Source: Candidatus Methylomirabilia bacterium
Lineage (GTDB): Bacteria > Methylomirabilota > Methylomirabilia > Rokubacteriales > CSP1-6
Reading direction: 5' to 3'
Length of the DNA: 20,784 nucleotides
NCBI GenBank assembly: GCA_041496385.1
Contig: JBGQEL010000075.1
Coordinates: 1 to 20,784 of the forward strand
The notes beneath the pieces are model-generated. The model did no database searches, had not been told where the DNA came from, and saw only the letters and a list, made by a program, of their open reading frames with translations. The position numbers and the translations under genes are program-made. Positions within the stretch are counted from its first letter, which is position 1. Every line of letters begins with the position of its first letter. Positions 18,257 to 20,784 of the stretch are shown piece after piece.

Positions 18257-19301
18257 TCCCGTACGCCCGCGGCCACGCCCCGCGCGGGAAGTAGCTCGTG
18301 CCGAAGAGCCAGTCGATCAGCGGCAGGTGCACGGCGTAGTTCCGGTCCACCGCCTCGGGCTCCGCGGCGTGATGCCAGTGATGGAAGCGCGGCGTCACGA
18401 GCAGCCACTCGATCGGCCGGAGGCGGAACCGGACGTTGGCGTGGATGAACACGGCGTGGAACGACACGAAGACGAGGTACGCGTAGACCGCCGGCGGCGC
18501 GAACCCGAACACGTAGAGCGGCACGAACGAGAGCCCCCGCGTCACGACGATGTCGACGAGGTGCAGGCGCGACCCCGCGAGCCAGTCGAGGTGCTCGGAG
18601 GAGTGGTGGACCTGGTGGAAGCGCCAGAGCCACGGGACGCGGTGGAACAGGCGGTGCACGGCATACTCGGCGAGGTCGGCCACGAGCACGATCTCGACGA
18701 TCTGCAGCGGCAGCGGCTGGGCGGCGACCGCCGCCTGTAGGCCCGGCCGGGCGGCCCAGCGGAAGAAGAACGCCGCGGGCAGCATGGTCAGAAGCACGGT
18801 CACCTGGACGAGCAGGTGGCTCAGCGCGAAGTAGACGAGATCCGTGCGCCAGCCGGGCCGGAAGATCCGCTGCGCGGGCAGCCGGGCGAAGAGACGCTCG
18901 AGCGGCACGAAGAGCAGCGCCAGCACGAGGAGATTCAGCAGGAACCAGTCGAGCCCGAGATAGGCCGGGGCGCCGTCGGTGCGTCCGATCTCGGCGCTGG
19001 AGCCGCCGAGCAGCGTCGCCGTCGCCGCGAGCGCGATGCCGGTCAGGCCGAGCGCCTTGCGGCGCTTGAGCAGGATGCTGAGCGTCCCGAGCACGAAGGC
19101 GGCGGCGAGCAGCGCGTGGATCAGGAGCCGGACGGCGTCGAGCGGATAGAGCGCGCGCGCGTCGGGCATGGTCAGGAGCCAGGGGAACAGCAGGCAGAGC
19201 ACCCCGCCGTAGCCGAGCGCGCCGAAGGTCACCGACAGCACGCCGCTGATCCAGCCCGAGCCCAGGCGCGTCCCGGTGCCGCGACCGAGCCCCGTCGTCA
19301 T
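18195..19301 (-). CDS. sterol desaturase / fatty acid hydroxylase superfamily membrane protein
   Basis: His boxes HRLFH, HQVHH, FIHAN, PRFHHWHH; RNY...DWLFGT; extra N-terminal TM region. Confidence 0.92.
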   Translation of the reverse strand: MTTGLGRGTGTRLGSGWISGVLSVTFGALGYGGVLCLLFPWLLTMPDARALYPLDAVRLLIHALLAAAFVLGTLSILLKRRKALGLTGIALAATATLLGGSSAEIGRTDGAPAYLGLDWFLLNLLVLALLFVPLERLFARLPAQRIFRPGWRTDLVYFALSHLLVQVTVLLTMLPAAFFFRWAARPGLQAAVAAQPLPLQIVEIVLVADLAEYAVHRLFHRVPWLWRFHQVHHSSEHLDWLAGSRLHLVDIVVTRGLSFVPLYVFGFAPPAVYAYLVFVSFHAVFIHANVRFRLRPIEWLLVTPRFHHWHHAAEPEAVDRNYAVHLPLIDWLFGTSYFPRGAWPRAYGIIGGGVPDGYVRQLLLPFRR

Positions 19302-19996
19302 GACGCCCGCGTGGCGGGCACGCCGAGCGCGCGGAGCGTGCGCTCGAGACGCTCGAAGACGCCGAGCGAGTCGGCCAAGCCGTTCATCCAGCCGGAGGTC
19401 ACGCAGTACGCGCCGCGGTGGCCCGGGGCGTGGTGTCGCGCGTGCGCCTCGGGCCCCAAGATGAGCCGCCGCGTCTGGAGCCAGGCGATCGCGGCCGGGA
19501 CCCGCTCGGCGTGCGCCCAGCCGTGGAGGAGATTGGTCGCGAGCGCCGCCAGGGCGAACGCGATCAGCGCCGCGTCGGCGAACGGCGGCAGCGGCGCCCA
19601 GGAGGCGGCGCCGAGCACGGGGACGAGGCCGAGCGCGCTGTTGCCCGTCAGCTCGAGGAAGCCGTGGCGGGTCATGCCGCGCGGGTCGCGGTGGTGCTCG
19701 CGAAACGGCGCGATCAGCAGCGGCCCGATCAGTGCGGAATCGTCCTCGAAGAACCGGTCGCAGAACCAGTGCACGAGTCCGGACACGAGGTCCGCGGCGA
19801 CATACCCGGATACGGCGGCGAGGACGGCGAGCGCGATTCCCGCCGCGCCGTCCAGCCGCCCGGCGAACCGCGCGCCCACGGCCAGGAGCAGCCCGGTCGA
19901 CACGACGAGCGCGACGACCTCGATCGCCGGCTGGGCCGGAGCGCGGCGTCGCCCTCCAGGATGGCGCTGGCGCGGCCGGAAGATCACGGCCCTCAT
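19298..19996 (-). CDS. carF: CarF/TMEM189 (plasmanylethanolamine desaturase-like) lipid desaturase
   Basis: ADLVSGLVHWFCD, PFREHHRDPRGMTRHGF, NLLHGWAH, HARHH, YCVTSGWMN; stop overlaps the next ATG (ATGA). Start is ATG 19996 or GTG 19987. Confidence 0.85.
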   Translation of the reverse strand: MRAVIFRPRQRHPGGRRRAPAQPAIEVVALVVSTGLLLAVGARFAGRLDGAAGIALAVLAAVSGYVAADLVSGLVHWFCDRFFEDDSALIGPLLIAPFREHHRDPRGMTRHGFLELTGNSALGLVPVLGAASWAPLPPFADAALIAFALAALATNLLHGWAHAERVPAAIAWLQTRRLILGPEAHARHHAPGHRGAYCVTSGWMNGLADSLGVFERLERTLRALGVPATRAS

Positions 19997-20066
19997 TATG
20001 GCAGAGCCGTCACGATGGCAGAAAAGACGGTGTGCTCGTCCCTGGGTGGGGCTATCGTGGGACGGT

Positions 20067-20784
20067 ATGGCGCATCGGTCCGCGCGCGCACTGGTCGGGG
20101 CCCTGGGCCTCACGCTGGCGGTCGTCCAGCCCGCCGGGGCAGAGACGCCGACGGCGACGCTCCGTGCCTTCTTCGAGCGCGCGAACGCCGCGCTGCGCGC
20201 CGCGGATCCCGAGCGCGGTCTGGAGGCGCCCCGCGCCGCCGTCCGCGCCCTCGTCAACGAGGCCTTCGACTTCCGCGAGGCCTCGGCGCTCGCCCTCGGA
20301 CCGGTGTGGCGCTCGCGCACGCCGGCGCAGCAGGACGAGTTCGTGCGGCTGTTCGCCGACCTGCTCGAGCGCGGCTACGTCGCGACGCTCGGCTCGAAGG
20401 TGAGCGCCGCCGGCGGCGTGGCGGTCGCGTACCGCGCCGAGTCCGTCGACGGTGAGTCGGCGATCGTCTCGACCACGCTCCGGACGCGGACCGGGGGCGA
20501 GCTGCCCGTCGACTACCGCATGATTCGCCGGGACGGGCGCTGGGCCGTGCGCGATGTGATCGTCGAGGGGGTGAGCCTCACCGCGAACTACCGGGCCCAG
20601 TTCAACCGCGTTCTCCGCGACGCGTCGTACGCGGACCTCATCGCGCGCATGCGCGAGGATTCGACCGACGGGCCGGGCCTGGCGCCCGCGGGCCTCCGGA
20701 CGGAGGTCCGGCTCGCGGTGGCGGAGCCGCCCGCGCCTCGGCAGCGCGCCGCGACGCCCGAAGCGGTCGCGCCGCCCCTCCGCG
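20067..20784 (+). CDS. mlaC: MlaC/Ttg2D family phospholipid-binding protein with C-terminal extension (3' partial)
   Basis: Translated by hand from ATG 20067: signal peptide (PAGA-E), FDFREASALALGPVW, QQDEFVRLFADLLERGY, VDYRM, WAVRDVIVEGVSLTANYRAQF; no stop before the window end. Confidence 0.88.
   Translation, partial: MAHRSARALVGALGLTLAVVQPAGAETPTATLRAFFERANAALRAADPERGLEAPRAAVRALVNEAFDFREASALALGPVWRSRTPAQQDEFVRLFADLLERGYVATLGSKVSAAGGVAVAYRAESVDGESAIVSTTLRTRTGGELPVDYRMIRRDGRWAVRDVIVEGVSLTANYRAQFNRVLRDASYADLIARMREDSTDGPGLAPAGLRTEVRLAVAEPPAPRQRAATPEAVAPPLR

Overview
A very GC-rich bacterial chromosomal segment, densely coding and mostly metabolic. Gene content and style suggest a soil organism such as Candidatus Rokubacteria/Methylomirabilota, but this is inference only. 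In order: a tandem acyl-CoA dehydrogenase pair separated by a 2x66-bp repeat that forms a coupled mini-ORF; a VOC protein; a cassette of a small membrane protein and a PlmA/YtrA-like GntR regulator divergent from an atypical groES-groEL, with two palindromic operators over the divergent -10 boxes and no CIRCE; a ComDE-like two-subunit TPP decarboxylase; a small membrane protein behind a sigma54-like promoter; an FKBP PPIase; a second VOC protein; a SoxC/SorA molybdoprotein with a lipoprotein cytochrome c; LLM/F420 oxidoreductase, thioesterase and NAD(P) oxidoreductase; a Tat Rieske protein with a PQQ dehydrogenase that has the lanthanide DxD motif but no vicinal Cys-Cys; acyl-CoA synthetase and double hot-dog protein; and a CarF/TMEM189-like desaturase coupled to a fatty-acid-hydroxylase gene, divergent from an MlaC-family gene. 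No rRNA, tRNA, CRISPR array or transposase was seen. The best novelty candidates are the Rieske/PQQ module, the CarF ether-lipid cassette, the GntR-controlled chaperonin and the coupling-preserving repeat.
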